The position numbers were made by a program, and so were the translations under genes. From Bernardetia sp. MNP-M8 (GTDB lineage: Bacteria > Bacteroidota > Bacteroidia > Cytophagales > Bernardetiaceae): 64,000 nucleotides of DNA. The notes below the pieces were generated by a model. That model did no database searches. It worked only from the letters and a program-made list of their open reading frames with translations, and was not told the DNA's origin. Where the stretch lies: positions 3,244,676-3,308,675 of the forward strand of contig NZ_CP147012.1 in the NCBI RefSeq assembly GCF_037126285.1, given 5' to 3'. Every line of letters starts with the position of its first letter. Position 1 is the first letter of the stretch. Shown here piece after piece: positions 19,117 to 28,806 of the stretch.

Positions 19117-22100
19117 ATGAAGCACAGATATTCGTTTTCTTCTTCAAAGAACTCAATTATTTCTTATCAAAAACTTGTATTATTACTTGTTTTGGGAATA
19201 GGTATGTTGAGTTCTCAAATGCAATCAGCAATTGCACAAAGCTCTTCCCCTTCCTTACGTTTAAAATCGTCTATTGAACAGTATACATCAAATACTGAGC
19301 AGTTTAAAAATGATAAGAGTAGTTTTTCAGATGCTCTTTTTGGAAATCATTATTTTTTAGTAGTACAATTTACTACTCTGCCATCATATCAAGAACGTCA
19401 AAATCTAAAAAGTAAAGGTATCGAACTGATTCAGTATTTGCCAGATTTATCCTATACTGCAAAAATCAATTCTACTATTTCTAATGATAAATTAGAAGCT
19501 CTTATTTCAGATTTTAAGATTCATGCGTTTGTAAAACTGTCTGTTAATCAAAAAACGCAAACAAGATTAGTACAAGGAGATATTCCTGAGTGGGCTATTT
19601 CTGAGTCTAATCAAGTAGAATTGAATATTATTCCTTTTGATACTGTAAATCCAATGCTTACTTCTATGGCTATGACAAACATGGGAGGAAAGCTAATCTA
19701 TGAAAGTAAAGTATCAGGTATTTTGACAGTAAGTGTCCCTCAAACGGCAATTATGCAAGTAGCTAGTTTGCCTTGGGTACTTTGGGTAGAATCTTTACCA
19801 GAGCCTCCAAAAGAAGAAAATTATTATGGAAAATCAGCTCACCGTTCGGCTATCCTAAATTATGGTGCTAGAAATTTAGATGGTTCAGGAGTGAATCTTG
19901 GAATTTGGGACGGAGGAAACGTTGCAAATCATTTAGACTTTAGTGGAAGACGTACTCTTGTAGAAAATACATCAGATAGCGACCACGGAACACACGTAGC
20001 AGGAACAATGGCAGGAGCAGGTTTACTAAATCCTAGAAATACAGGAATGGCTCCTAATGCTCAAATTTATTCTCATAACTTTAATGGAGATATTGCTACT
20101 GAAATGCAAAATGCCATTACTAACTTTGGTATTGTAATTACTCAAAATTCATACGGAGGAGGTCCTAATTGTGCTACTGGAGACCCTTATGGTAGTAATA
20201 ATAGAGGACAAGATTTATTAGTAAATAATAATCCTCAACTTGTCCATGTATTCTCATCAGGCAATTCTCAAAGTTCTTGTGCAGGTGGTTTTGGAACAAC
20301 AACAGGAAAAGCAGCCAAAAATACAATTACAGTAGGAGCTTTAACAAATAACGATGTTATTACTACATTTAGTAGTTTTGGTCCTCTTGAAGATGGACGT
20401 ATCAAACCTGAAGTAAGTGCATTTGGAAATGGTGTAGTTTCTACATTACCAAGTAATGGATATGGAGCAAATAGTGGTACTTCAATGGCAGCACCAGGTG
20501 TTTCGGGTACGGTAGCTCAACTTTATCAAAGCTATCGTCAATTAAATGGAAATGCAGACCCTATTGCCTCACTTATGAAGGCTGTGTTATCAAATAATGC
20601 TGATGATTTAGGAAATACAGGTCCTGATTATAAATATGGTTTTGGTAGAATTAATGGTTTGAAAGCTGTTAAAGCATTAGAGGGAAATAATTATGCAATA
20701 AATACAGTTACGACAGCAGGACAAAATGATGTTACTATTGCTGTTCCTGCTGGTACACACGAATTGAAAGTAATGTTATGTTGGTCAGACCCAGCAGCAG
20801 CAGCAAATGCAAATCCTGCTTTGATAAATAATTTGGATTTAGAAGTATTAGACCCAACTACAAATACATGGCTTCCTTGGACATTAGACGGCGCAAATCC
20901 GAATAATGTAGCTATTAGAGCTGTAAATAATGTAGATATTATCGAACAAGTAACTATTCCTACCCCAGCAACAGGAACATACACACTAAGAGTAAAAGGA
21001 ACGGCTGTTCCTTCTGGAGCAAATCAGCAATATTCATTGACTTGGACAGTTACAGAACCTTATATTGAAGTTACTTATCCATCAGCAGGAGTGTCTTTGA
21101 CTCCTTCTGCTACTGAACTTATTCAATGGGATATGGAAGGAGTTTCAGGAACTACTTCTGTTGAATATTCTTTGGATAATGGAACTACTTGGACAGTTAT
21201 TAATGGTGCTGTGGCTGCCAACACTCGTCGTTTGAGTTGGACAGTTCCAAATGCAATGACTAATGAAGCGAAAATTCGTGTTTCTTCAACAACTCCATCT
21301 TTAAGTGGAACAAGTGAAGCATTTTCAATTATTGGTGTTCCTACTGGCATTACAGGTCAGCCTTGTAGTGGTTCAGCTATCTTACAATGGAATGCAGTAA
21401 CTGATGCAGACGAGTATATTGTTTATCAGTTGAACACTACTACTGGAGTATATACACAAATAGGAACAAGTGCAACTACTACTTTTACTGCAACAGGGCT
21501 TTCAGGACAAACTTGGTTTAGTATTCGTGCAAGAAATACAACTACAGGAGCTACAAGTCAGCGTTCAGTAGCATTTTCTATTACTCCTGCTGCTGGCTCA
21601 GGAATAGATTTAGAACTTTCAGCAATCGTTTCTCCAACACAAGGTTGTGATTTGAGAACAGCTGCTGAAGCCATTACAATTCGTATCAAAAACTTAGCTT
21701 GTTCTGCTATACCAAGTGGAACAACAATCCCAGTTTCTTATACAGTAAATGGGGGAACAGCAGTAAATGAAAACCTTGTTTTAGCTAGTGATTTGAATGG
21801 TGCAGCTAGTTTAGATTATACATTTACTACTACAGTAGATATGTCAGCAGGAGGTAGTTATGTTCTTACAGCATCTGCTAACCTAGCAACTGATACAAAT
21901 GGAGCAAATAATACTATTTCAAATCATACAGTTCAAAATAATCCTCCTGTTACTGTACTACCTTATACAGAAGATTTTGAGAATCCAAGCCCTGCAGAGT
22001 GTTGGGATATAATAAATGATGGAGCAGGAGTTGGAACTTGGCAATATGGAACTAACTTGGGAAGTTCTTTCTTTATTATCCCAGATGTTCCTGCTGGTAA

Positions 22101-25100
22101 TCAATATGCAGCAGCAAACGATGATGCTTGTCCTAGTCCAGGTTGTGGAGCACCTTATAAATCGTGGTTGATTAGTCCAAAATTTGATTTTTCCTCTTAT
22201 TCTCAAATTGAAATGGCATTTAGAGCTGTATTCCGAACGGATAGAGGAGAAGTTCGTATAAGTACAGATAGAATTACTTGGACAACCATTCATTCAATGG
22301 CATCTATATCTGGCGTTTGGCAAGATATTACCTTAGATTTAGATGCATATGCTAACGAACCTCAAGTATGGATTGCTTTTTACTATGATGATTTGAATAC
22401 TTGGGGATATGGTTTTGCTGTTGATGATGTAGTTGTAAGAGAAAAAGCTATTCAATTAGTTAGTTTTTTGCCTGCAAACAATGCGACTAATGTAGATACA
22501 AATACATCACTAGCTCTTACTTTTAATCGTGTTCCTACTATCGGTACAGGCTCTATTACTCTTACAGGAGGAGCTACTCCAATTGTAATTCCTGTTTCTG
22601 CAACTAATACTACAATTACAGGAAATACAGCAACCGTAACTTTACCTTCAGCACTAGCAACTTCTACAACTTATTCTGTGGATGTTCCTAGCAGTACATT
22701 TACAGCTAATAGTTTAGGTTTTGGAGGAGTTTTACCTGCTAACTGGCAGTTTACTACTATTACTACATCAGCAGATGCAGACTCACGAATTGTTGCGCCC
22801 ACTACAATGCCTGCTTCTGCCTCAATATCTTCATTGGCTACTACATCAGCTAGTGCAGTAGAAGTATTTTCTTTTAAGGTAGAGGATTTAGCAACGACAG
22901 ATGCTTTACCTACCGATGTAACTCAGATTGATGTTAAACAAGGAGCTGCAAATACAGTAACAGACTGGACAACACAACTACAAGGAGCAGAATTATGGTC
23001 TGGAGGAACTCAGATTACTGCAACCACAACTATTACAGCAGATAGAATTCGTTTTACTATTCCTGCTGGTAATGCAAGTATAGCAAATGGAACAAATACA
23101 GATTATACTATAAAAGTGTTTTTGAATACAACAGGAATTTTAGACGAAGGAGTATTACAATTCCAAATTCCTACTGTGGCACATGGAGTACAAACTTCAA
23201 ATAGTTCTTCTTCTTTTGCCTCTACTTTTCCTGCTAATGTAGTATCAAATACATTTACTTTAGATGTGGTGGCTACACGTTTAGGTTTTTCAACTGTACC
23301 AACAACAGCAACTGTTAATTCAAACTTTGCAGTAAGCGTACAGGCACTTGATGCAAATGGAAATATAGACCGAGCAGCCAGAACAATTACATTGTTAAGA
23401 GATGGAGGAACTGGAACAGGAGTTCTTAGTGCTACTTCTGGATTAGGAAGTCGTGCTATGATAAATGGAGTATTTACTTGGTCAGATTTACAATTTGATG
23501 AAATTGGAGAGTATAGTATACGAGTAAATGATGATGGAAGTGCTTTTACCGATTTAAGTAGCCTTATAAATGTAGTTGCTCCAACAGGTGGAGGAGGAAA
23601 TACTATACCATCAGTATCTGCACCTACACAATTTAAAGCTATTGCAATAGATACTTCTCGTATTGACCTTACTTGGCAAGCTGCTACAAATGCAACTGGG
23701 TATAAGTTATATAGATTAAACCGTTTGGTGGCAACTCTATCAGCTTCTACTCTTTCTTACGATGATAGCTTATTGAATGAAGATACTTTTTATGGGTATA
23801 GACTAGAAGCATTCAATTCAGTATCTAGAAAAGAAGTTGCTACCAATGCTGTTACTTACCCTAAAGCTCCAACATTAATAAGCAAAACAGATGCTTGTGC
23901 AGGTGGAAAAGGAAAGATTGTAGTAAATAGCACACATACAACAAGAAGTATTCTTTGGTATGAGTCTGAAACAGCTACTGAGCCTATTCAAGATGATTCT
24001 TACACTTTCGAAACTCAAAACCTTACTGCTGCAAAAACCTATTATGTCACTGCAAATGGTATTCGTTATGAAAGTCAGACTAGATTAGCTGTTACTATTG
24101 ATGTTAAAGAAATTCCAGTAGCAATTATTTTAGGAGATTTAGTCCGTTCAACCTGTGAGAACACATTGACTTTAGAAGCAGATACACAAAATGCTTCTTC
24201 TGATTTGATTTATACTTGGTATTCAAATGGAGTAGCTATACAAAATAGTAATGCGCCAACTTATCAAGCTACTAGAAGTGGAAACTACTCATTAAGAATA
24301 ACACAAAATGAGTGTGTTTCGATGGTATCTTCAACTGTTCAAGTGAAAGTAGGACAAGTTGCTCCTGCTCAAATAGAACAAGGTAGTCAAGTATCGTTGT
24401 GTGAAATAGGTGAGTTATCTGCTTTAGAAGTAGAAGGTGCAACTTATCAATGGTTGTTTAATGATACTGAAGTAGGAACAAGTTCTTCTATTACAGTTTC
24501 TAATTCAGGAACGTATACATTGCGAGTAAGCAAAGAAACATGTACTCAAGAAGCTCAAATTAATGTAGAAGTAATTTCATTTCCAACAGATATTAGTATT
24601 ACTACTGACAAAGAGCAATTTTGTGCAGGAGACCAAAGTGCTACAATTTCTGTTTCAGAAGTAGAAAATGCAATGTATACTTTATTCAGAAATGGAAATA
24701 GATTGCGTATAGGTTCTGAAAATAGAAACTTTACTGTGAATAGTTCAGGGGAGTATCATGTTGAGATTTCTTTAGGTACTGGTTGTGTATTCATTACGGA
24801 TTCAGTGAGTATTGAAAGAATAGATGTTCCAACAGCACATATAAATCTAATAGAAGAAAATATGGCAACAATAACATCTACTGGAACAATTACAGAAGTA
24901 GAGTGGAACAAAGATGGTGAAATGCTTAGTGTTTCTAATTCTCTTTCACTTGCTCTTAATGAAACAGGGCGTTACAGAGCTAAAGTTACCTATGATACAG
25001 GTTGTCAAGCTATTACTTCAAATAGTATTTTCTATCGCAAACCAGAACCAGTTACAGGTGTTGAGGACGAAGAAGGAAATTGTTGTACAGTAGTTTATCC

Positions 25101-25332
25101 AAACCCAACTAGTTCTGAGGTTCGTTTGAAATTAGCAGCCAACTTAAAAGATGCCTTCACACTTACACTTACTGATGGTATTGGTAGAACTCTCATCACT
25201 AAATCTATTTCCAAAGAAGAATCTCAACAAGAAATCCGTTTGGATTTGAGTAAGTATGCTTCGGGAATGTATTTTATCAATGTAGTTACGCCAAGCGAAA
25301 CACTTACTTTCAAAATAGCTAAAGAAGATTAA
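19117..25332 (+). CDS. Giant secreted subtilisin-family (S8) peptidase with many Ig/FN3-like repeats, a MAM-like domain and a T9SS C-terminal sorting domain
   Basis: Catalytic triad contexts 'GIWDGGNV' (Asp), 'HGTHVAGT' (His), 'GTSMAAPGVSG' (Ser). The C-terminal 'VYPNPTSSEVRLK...MYFINVVT' matches the Por/T9SS CTD pattern. 2071 aa. Confidence 0.85.
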   Translation: MKHRYSFSSSKNSIISYQKLVLLLVLGIGMLSSQMQSAIAQSSSPSLRLKSSIEQYTSNTEQFKNDKSSFSDALFGNHYFLVVQFTTLPSYQERQNLKSKGIELIQYLPDLSYTAKINSTISNDKLEALISDFKIHAFVKLSVNQKTQTRLVQGDIPEWAISESNQVELNIIPFDTVNPMLTSMAMTNMGGKLIYESKVSGILTVSVPQTAIMQVASLPWVLWVESLPEPPKEENYYGKSAHRSAILNYGARNLDGSGVNLGIWDGGNVANHLDFSGRRTLVENTSDSDHGTHVAGTMAGAGLLNPRNTGMAPNAQIYSHNFNGDIATEMQNAITNFGIVITQNSYGGGPNCATGDPYGSNNRGQDLLVNNNPQLVHVFSSGNSQSSCAGGFGTTTGKAAKNTITVGALTNNDVITTFSSFGPLEDGRIKPEVSAFGNGVVSTLPSNGYGANSGTSMAAPGVSGTVAQLYQSYRQLNGNADPIASLMKAVLSNNADDLGNTGPDYKYGFGRINGLKAVKALEGNNYAINTVTTAGQNDVTIAVPAGTHELKVMLCWSDPAAAANANPALINNLDLEVLDPTTNTWLPWTLDGANPNNVAIRAVNNVDIIEQVTIPTPATGTYTLRVKGTAVPSGANQQYSLTWTVTEPYIEVTYPSAGVSLTPSATELIQWDMEGVSGTTSVEYSLDNGTTWTVINGAVAANTRRLSWTVPNAMTNEAKIRVSSTTPSLSGTSEAFSIIGVPTGITGQPCSGSAILQWNAVTDADEYIVYQLNTTTGVYTQIGTSATTTFTATGLSGQTWFSIRARNTTTGATSQRSVAFSITPAAGSGIDLELSAIVSPTQGCDLRTAAEAITIRIKNLACSAIPSGTTIPVSYTVNGGTAVNENLVLASDLNGAASLDYTFTTTVDMSAGGSYVLTASANLATDTNGANNTISNHTVQNNPPVTVLPYTEDFENPSPAECWDIINDGAGVGTWQYGTNLGSSFFIIPDVPAGNQYAAANDDACPSPGCGAPYKSWLISPKFDFSSYSQIEMAFRAVFRTDRGEVRISTDRITWTTIHSMASISGVWQDITLDLDAYANEPQVWIAFYYDDLNTWGYGFAVDDVVVREKAIQLVSFLPANNATNVDTNTSLALTFNRVPTIGTGSITLTGGATPIVIPVSATNTTITGNTATVTLPSALATSTTYSVDVPSSTFTANSLGFGGVLPANWQFTTITTSADADSRIVAPTTMPASASISSLATTSASAVEVFSFKVEDLATTDALPTDVTQIDVKQGAANTVTDWTTQLQGAELWSGGTQITATTTITADRIRFTIPAGNASIANGTNTDYTIKVFLNTTGILDEGVLQFQIPTVAHGVQTSNSSSSFASTFPANVVSNTFTLDVVATRLGFSTVPTTATVNSNFAVSVQALDANGNIDRAARTITLLRDGGTGTGVLSATSGLGSRAMINGVFTWSDLQFDEIGEYSIRVNDDGSAFTDLSSLINVVAPTGGGGNTIPSVSAPTQFKAIAIDTSRIDLTWQAATNATGYKLYRLNRLVATLSASTLSYDDSLLNEDTFYGYRLEAFNSVSRKEVATNAVTYPKAPTLISKTDACAGGKGKIVVNSTHTTRSILWYESETATEPIQDDSYTFETQNLTAAKTYYVTANGIRYESQTRLAVTIDVKEIPVAIILGDLVRSTCENTLTLEADTQNASSDLIYTWYSNGVAIQNSNAPTYQATRSGNYSLRITQNECVSMVSSTVQVKVGQVAPAQIEQGSQVSLCEIGELSALEVEGATYQWLFNDTEVGTSSSITVSNSGTYTLRVSKETCTQEAQINVEVISFPTDISITTDKEQFCAGDQSATISVSEVENAMYTLFRNGNRLRIGSENRNFTVNSSGEYHVEISLGTGCVFITDSVSIERIDVPTAHINLIEENMATITSTGTITEVEWNKDGEMLSVSNSLSLALNETGRYRAKVTYDTGCQAITSNSIFYRKPEPVTGVEDEEGNCCTVVYPNPTSSEVRLKLAANLKDAFTLTLTDGIGRTLITKSISKEESQQEIRLDLSKYASGMYFINVVTPSETLTFKIAKED

Positions 25333-25360
25333 TCTAGTTTAATTAGAAAGCAATATAGAA

Positions 25361-25397
25361 AAAAGGCAAATTCTTAATTTGAGAATTTGCCTTTTTT
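25361..25397 (+). terminator. Rho-independent terminator after the S8 peptidase gene
   Basis: aaaaaaggcaaattct taatt tgagaatttgccttttttt hairpin plus T-run. Confidence 0.7.
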
Positions 25398-25753
25398 TGT
25401 CAAAGCTTATTAAAAAATAGAACTATGTGTATTTTAAAAGAGATAAAGTAGTATTGTTTTTTGATTCTGTATGCAAATTTGTGCTAGTCTGGTCTGTGCC
25501 ACCAAACTACTAAAAAGAAAGTGTAGTATTGTAAATAAAATTTGCAAAAAAAAATTACATTAATATATTGTTGAAAATAATTATTATTGAATATTATAAG
25601 TACTTGTAAATTATCAATATTTAAAAAATGTAGTTTGAGTAAAAGTATATATTTCATAAAGATTAACATCATTTAAGTTGTTGAAAATCAATTTATTGTG
25701 TTTTTTGTTGAAAATAATTATATTTGTATTTGGAATTGAAGTTTCTTTTTTGC

Positions 25754-25777
25754 GATATTTACAACATCAAACTTACT
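25754..25777 (+). promoter_or_regulatory. Conserved upstream element GATATTTACARCRTCAAACTTACT. A second copy at 26465..26488 sits the same ~75 nt before peptide 2, each preceded by a TTGAAAATAA...TATTTGGAA box.
   Basis: Two near-identical copies at fixed distance from the peptide start codons. A partial third copy lies at 26341..26360. Confidence 0.45.
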
Positions 25778-25854
25778 CCAAAAACTAATTAAAAATTTTG
25801 AAAAGTGGTTTGAATATTATTTATAAATTATCATTTTTAAACTTATTTTTTATT

Positions 25855-26025
25855 ATGAAGTCTTTGAAAAAGAAATTTGGAAAATTTGTGGTTTCTGAAA
25901 AAGAAATCCAAAAACTGAAAGGTGGTTTTAATTACTGTAATTGTGATCATTATCATAATTGTCCAAGAGGAGCAGCAAATTATATCGAACAACCAACAGG
26001 TTGTCAAGCTGTATGTTGTGGCTAA
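25855..26025 (+). CDS. Double-glycine-leader Cys-rich precursor peptide 1, MKSLKKKFGKFVVSEKEIQKLKGG|FNYCNCDHYHNCPRGAANYIEQPTGCQAVCCG
   Basis: Leader paralogous to two downstream peptides. The GG motif precedes a 6-Cys core. The internal ATG was chosen over the ORF-track start 25798 by paralog alignment. Confidence 0.65.
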   Translation: MKSLKKKFGKFVVSEKEIQKLKGGFNYCNCDHYHNCPRGAANYIEQPTGCQAVCCG

Positions 26026-26061
26026 AATGAGCTCAATATAGTTCAGTTTTGTGTATACAAT

Positions 26062-26092
26062 CACGTCTTACAAAATCTTGTAAGACGTGGTT
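26062..26092 (+). terminator. Terminator hairpin after peptide 1
   Basis: cacgtcttacaa aatc ttgtaagacgtg, a perfect 12-bp stem, followed by ttattt. A second hairpin, aaaaaaggcgtttt ataa aacgccttttttt, lies at 26148..26186. Confidence 0.65.
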
Positions 26093-26204
26093 ATTTAAAG
26101 ATGATTTAAAATTGGCTCTTTATCTGAAACACAATACCACTTCTAGCTAGACAAAAAAGGCGTTTTATAAACGCCTTTTTTTGTCAAAGGTTATTTCAAA
26201 AAAA

Positions 26205-26310
26205 TCAATCAAGCTCAAATTTCAAGTAATATTATATTACTTTTTGCATACTATAAAGTAGAGTCTTTAGCTATTTAGATTAAAAAGAAAGAATTATCAT
26301 AAATTATAAC
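26205..26310 (+). pseudogene. Remnant of the 5' part of a second C39-like/VKOR gene, homologous to 27160..27260
   Basis: About 100 nt at ~75% identity to the region encoding DAQTLSDLTTLLAHYKIESLAVQIGKEH of the 27083 gene. The reading frame is interrupted by a stop. Confidence 0.55.
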
Positions 26311-26562
26311 CTTTGAAAAATAGCAATATGTTGGGTTTTAATTACAACATCAAATACTTTGTGTTTTGAAAAAATAACATTTTGTAATTTACTGTTATTC
26401 AGAAAGTTATATCTTTTTTGAAAATAAATGTAATTTTTATTTGGAAATATGATTTATTTTTATTGATATTTACAGCGTCAAACTTACTTAGTAAGTATTA
26501 GAAATATATAAGTAAGTAATCTTGATAAATTATTTTAATTATACCTATTAAACTCAATTTTT

Positions 26563-26715
26563 ATGAAATCTTTGAAAAAGAAATTTGGAAAATTTGCTAT
26601 CTCTCAAGAAAAAGCAAATAAAGTAAACGGTGGTGAGCCACCATATCCGTGTAAGAATAAGTATTTTCCTAATCCAAATGATCCTTTTGAGTGTGATCCA
26701 CTTAGAGGAAATTAA
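26563..26715 (+). CDS. Double-glycine-leader precursor peptide 2, MKSLKKKFGKFAISQEKANKVNGG|EPPYPCKNKYFPNPNDPFECDPLRGN
   Basis: 50-aa ORF below the ORF-track cut-off. The leader and 5' flank are nearly identical to peptide 3. 2-Cys Pro-rich core. Confidence 0.6.
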   Translation: MKSLKKKFGKFAISQEKANKVNGGEPPYPCKNKYFPNPNDPFECDPLRGN

Positions 26716-26779
26716 ATTCATTTATTATTGATTCATTTTGTATCAATATTTTTTAATAAAACATCTGAACTCAATTTTT

Positions 26780-26965
26780 ATGAAATCTTTGAAAAAGAAA
26801 TTTGGAAAATTTGCTATCTCTCAAAAACAGAGCAAACAAATTACAGGGGGTTTTGATAATTGTGAAGTAGTTTTTTGGTGTCAAGGTAAAACGTATCCTA
26901 CAAAATCACAATGTGAGTCAGGGTGTGATGATTTTTGCTATGGACAATATGTATTTCCGTGCTAG
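26780..26965 (+). CDS. Double-glycine-leader Cys-rich precursor peptide 3, MKSLKKKFGKFAISQKQSKQITGG|FDNCEVVFWCQGKTYPTKSQCESGCDDFCYGQYVFPC
   Basis: Paralogous leader. 6-Cys core. Own terminator at 26987..27038 (atagcgatagaa...ttctatcgctat + T-run). Confidence 0.65.
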   Translation: MKSLKKKFGKFAISQKQSKQITGGFDNCEVVFWCQGKTYPTKSQCESGCDDFCYGQYVFPC

Positions 26966-27082
26966 TATAAGTAATTAATATAAAAAATAGCGATAGAATA
27001 AACTTTGGTATTGCCAAACTTCTATCGCTATCTTTTTTGTAGTTTTGCAAGCAAAAAAAACAATATTTAAAGCAATTGTAAT

Positions 27083-28741
27083 ATGAAAACTATTGTAAGT
27101 ATCCTATTAGATAAATTTGAAGTTTCTTACACTATCACTTATTTACAAAAACTGACAGCAAAATATAATGATGCTCAAACATTAAGTGATCTTACTACAC
27201 TTTTAGCACACTATAAAATAGAGTCTTTAGCTGTTCAGATTGGAAAAGAACATTTATCAGAAATTCCTTTGCCTGCTATTGTTTTGGCTTCTCATAATGA
27301 TGAAAATGGAAGAACACACACTGATTATTCTATTTTAGACGAAGTTAGAGACAATGAAGTAGTCTTGATTAATGTGAATTCAGAGAAACAGATAGTTGAA
27401 ATAGAAGAATTTGAAAAATCATGGACAGGTTATACACTGTTATTAGATAAAAATGAAAATGCAGCAGAACCAAATTACTCTGCTCATAAAAAAGCACAAA
27501 AGAAACAACAGTTTTTTGACACTATAAAAAATACCATTCAATTTTTAGTGGGTATTTCTTTTTTATTTTTAGTTGGAAAAACTTTTTTTGACACGAATCA
27601 ACAAGTCACAAAGTCTATTCTTGAAATTTCCTTTTATATTTTACATACTATAGGATTTGTAATTAGTGCTATCTTACTTTCTGGAGAAATTTTTAAAAAT
27701 AATGCAGTTTTCAAAAAAGCTTGTACTGCCTTCGGAAAATCATCTTCATGTGCTGATACAAAACAAGAAAATACAAGTAAAATAGATTCAATCAAAAAAT
27801 GGTTTACCTTTTCAGAATTGGGTGTTTATTATTTCTTTGGGGCATTTTTATTTTTACTGATTGGTAATTTTAATTCTTTAACATTCGTTTTTCAGAGTTT
27901 GATTTCTGTTTTGGGGATTTTTGCAGTCATTGCATCTTTATATTATCAAAAGTTTATTCTTAAAGAATGGTGTTCGCTTTGTGTTTCTATAATGGCAGTT
28001 TTGTTTGTAGAATCTTTGGTAGGGGGAGTATATTTATTTAGCTTTCAAGATGAAATTTCATCTTTTACTTTTACTTTGTATTCTGTTTTTTCAATTTTAG
28101 TAATAGCTGTTTTTTCATTCCTGTTGCCTATATTTATTTGGAATATTTTAAAACCAGTTCTTGAAAAATATAACTCTTCTAATAACGAAACTAAGAATCT
28201 ACGTTCTTTTAAGTATGATTATGAGGTTTTCAAAACACTTCTTCATCAAAATAAAAAAGTAGATATAAGCGAAGTTCCAACCCATTTTGTAGAAGGAAAT
28301 ACTATTTCAGCCGAACTAGAGGAAGAAGAAGAGGAGAATAAAGTTTCTTTAGTTGTCATTAGTCGCCCTACTTGTCCACCTTGTATTAGTGCAAAGAAAG
28401 ATTTACAAAAATTGAGAGAAGATTTTGGCAATTATTTTACTACAACTATGTGCCATTTGACTCCCAATCAAACAAGTGAAGATTACAAGCAGATTTCAGA
28501 AATGTTATCCCATCTTCCGACATTTTATTCTGATAAAGAAAAAGAAAGTATCATTTCACAACATTATACTTGGATAAATCAGACAGGAATTACTTTTACA
28601 CCTGCTTTTATTGTAAATGGGTATTTATTACCAGAAAAATATACAGTTACTGATTTAGAGTATTTTTTAGTGCATTTGGCTAGTGAAATGGATGATTCAG
28701 AAGAAAATCCAGAAGAAGAACTATCTTTGCAAGAAAACTAA
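27083..28741 (+). CDS. Fusion protein with an N-terminal peptidase-C39-like domain lacking the catalytic Cys, a VKOR-like 5-TM core (loop Cys pair CTAFGKSSSC, TM 'CSLC') and a C-terminal thioredoxin-like domain ('TCPPC')
   Basis: 'IPLPAIVLASHND' and 'EEFEKSWTGYTLLLD' match the C39 C-terminal half but no Cys occurs in the first ~140 aa. Multi-TM middle with CxxC. 'VVISRPTCPPCISAKK' Trx motif. Confidence 0.7.
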   Translation: MKTIVSILLDKFEVSYTITYLQKLTAKYNDAQTLSDLTTLLAHYKIESLAVQIGKEHLSEIPLPAIVLASHNDENGRTHTDYSILDEVRDNEVVLINVNSEKQIVEIEEFEKSWTGYTLLLDKNENAAEPNYSAHKKAQKKQQFFDTIKNTIQFLVGISFLFLVGKTFFDTNQQVTKSILEISFYILHTIGFVISAILLSGEIFKNNAVFKKACTAFGKSSSCADTKQENTSKIDSIKKWFTFSELGVYYFFGAFLFLLIGNFNSLTFVFQSLISVLGIFAVIASLYYQKFILKEWCSLCVSIMAVLFVESLVGGVYLFSFQDEISSFTFTLYSVFSILVIAVFSFLLPIFIWNILKPVLEKYNSSNNETKNLRSFKYDYEVFKTLLHQNKKVDISEVPTHFVEGNTISAELEEEEEENKVSLVVISRPTCPPCISAKKDLQKLREDFGNYFTTTMCHLTPNQTSEDYKQISEMLSHLPTFYSDKEKESIISQHYTWINQTGITFTPAFIVNGYLLPEKYTVTDLEYFLVHLASEMDDSEENPEEELSLQEN

Positions 28742-28806
28742 TTATCAAAATAGTTTAAAGTTGTACCTAATTAGTTTCTACTACTAAGAATAATGTAAAT
28801 TTTGTA

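Noticed and set aside
20691-22293. Several 75-111-aa minus-strand ORFs
   Set aside because: Antisense shadows within the 6.2-kb S8 peptidase gene. No independent support.
25798-25854. N-terminal extension (MKSGLNIIYKLSFLNLFFI) of peptide 1 as given by the ORF track
   Set aside because: The paralogous peptides 2 and 3 start at the internal MKSLKKKFGKF, and the conserved leader begins there. The extension is probably untranslated 5' sequence.
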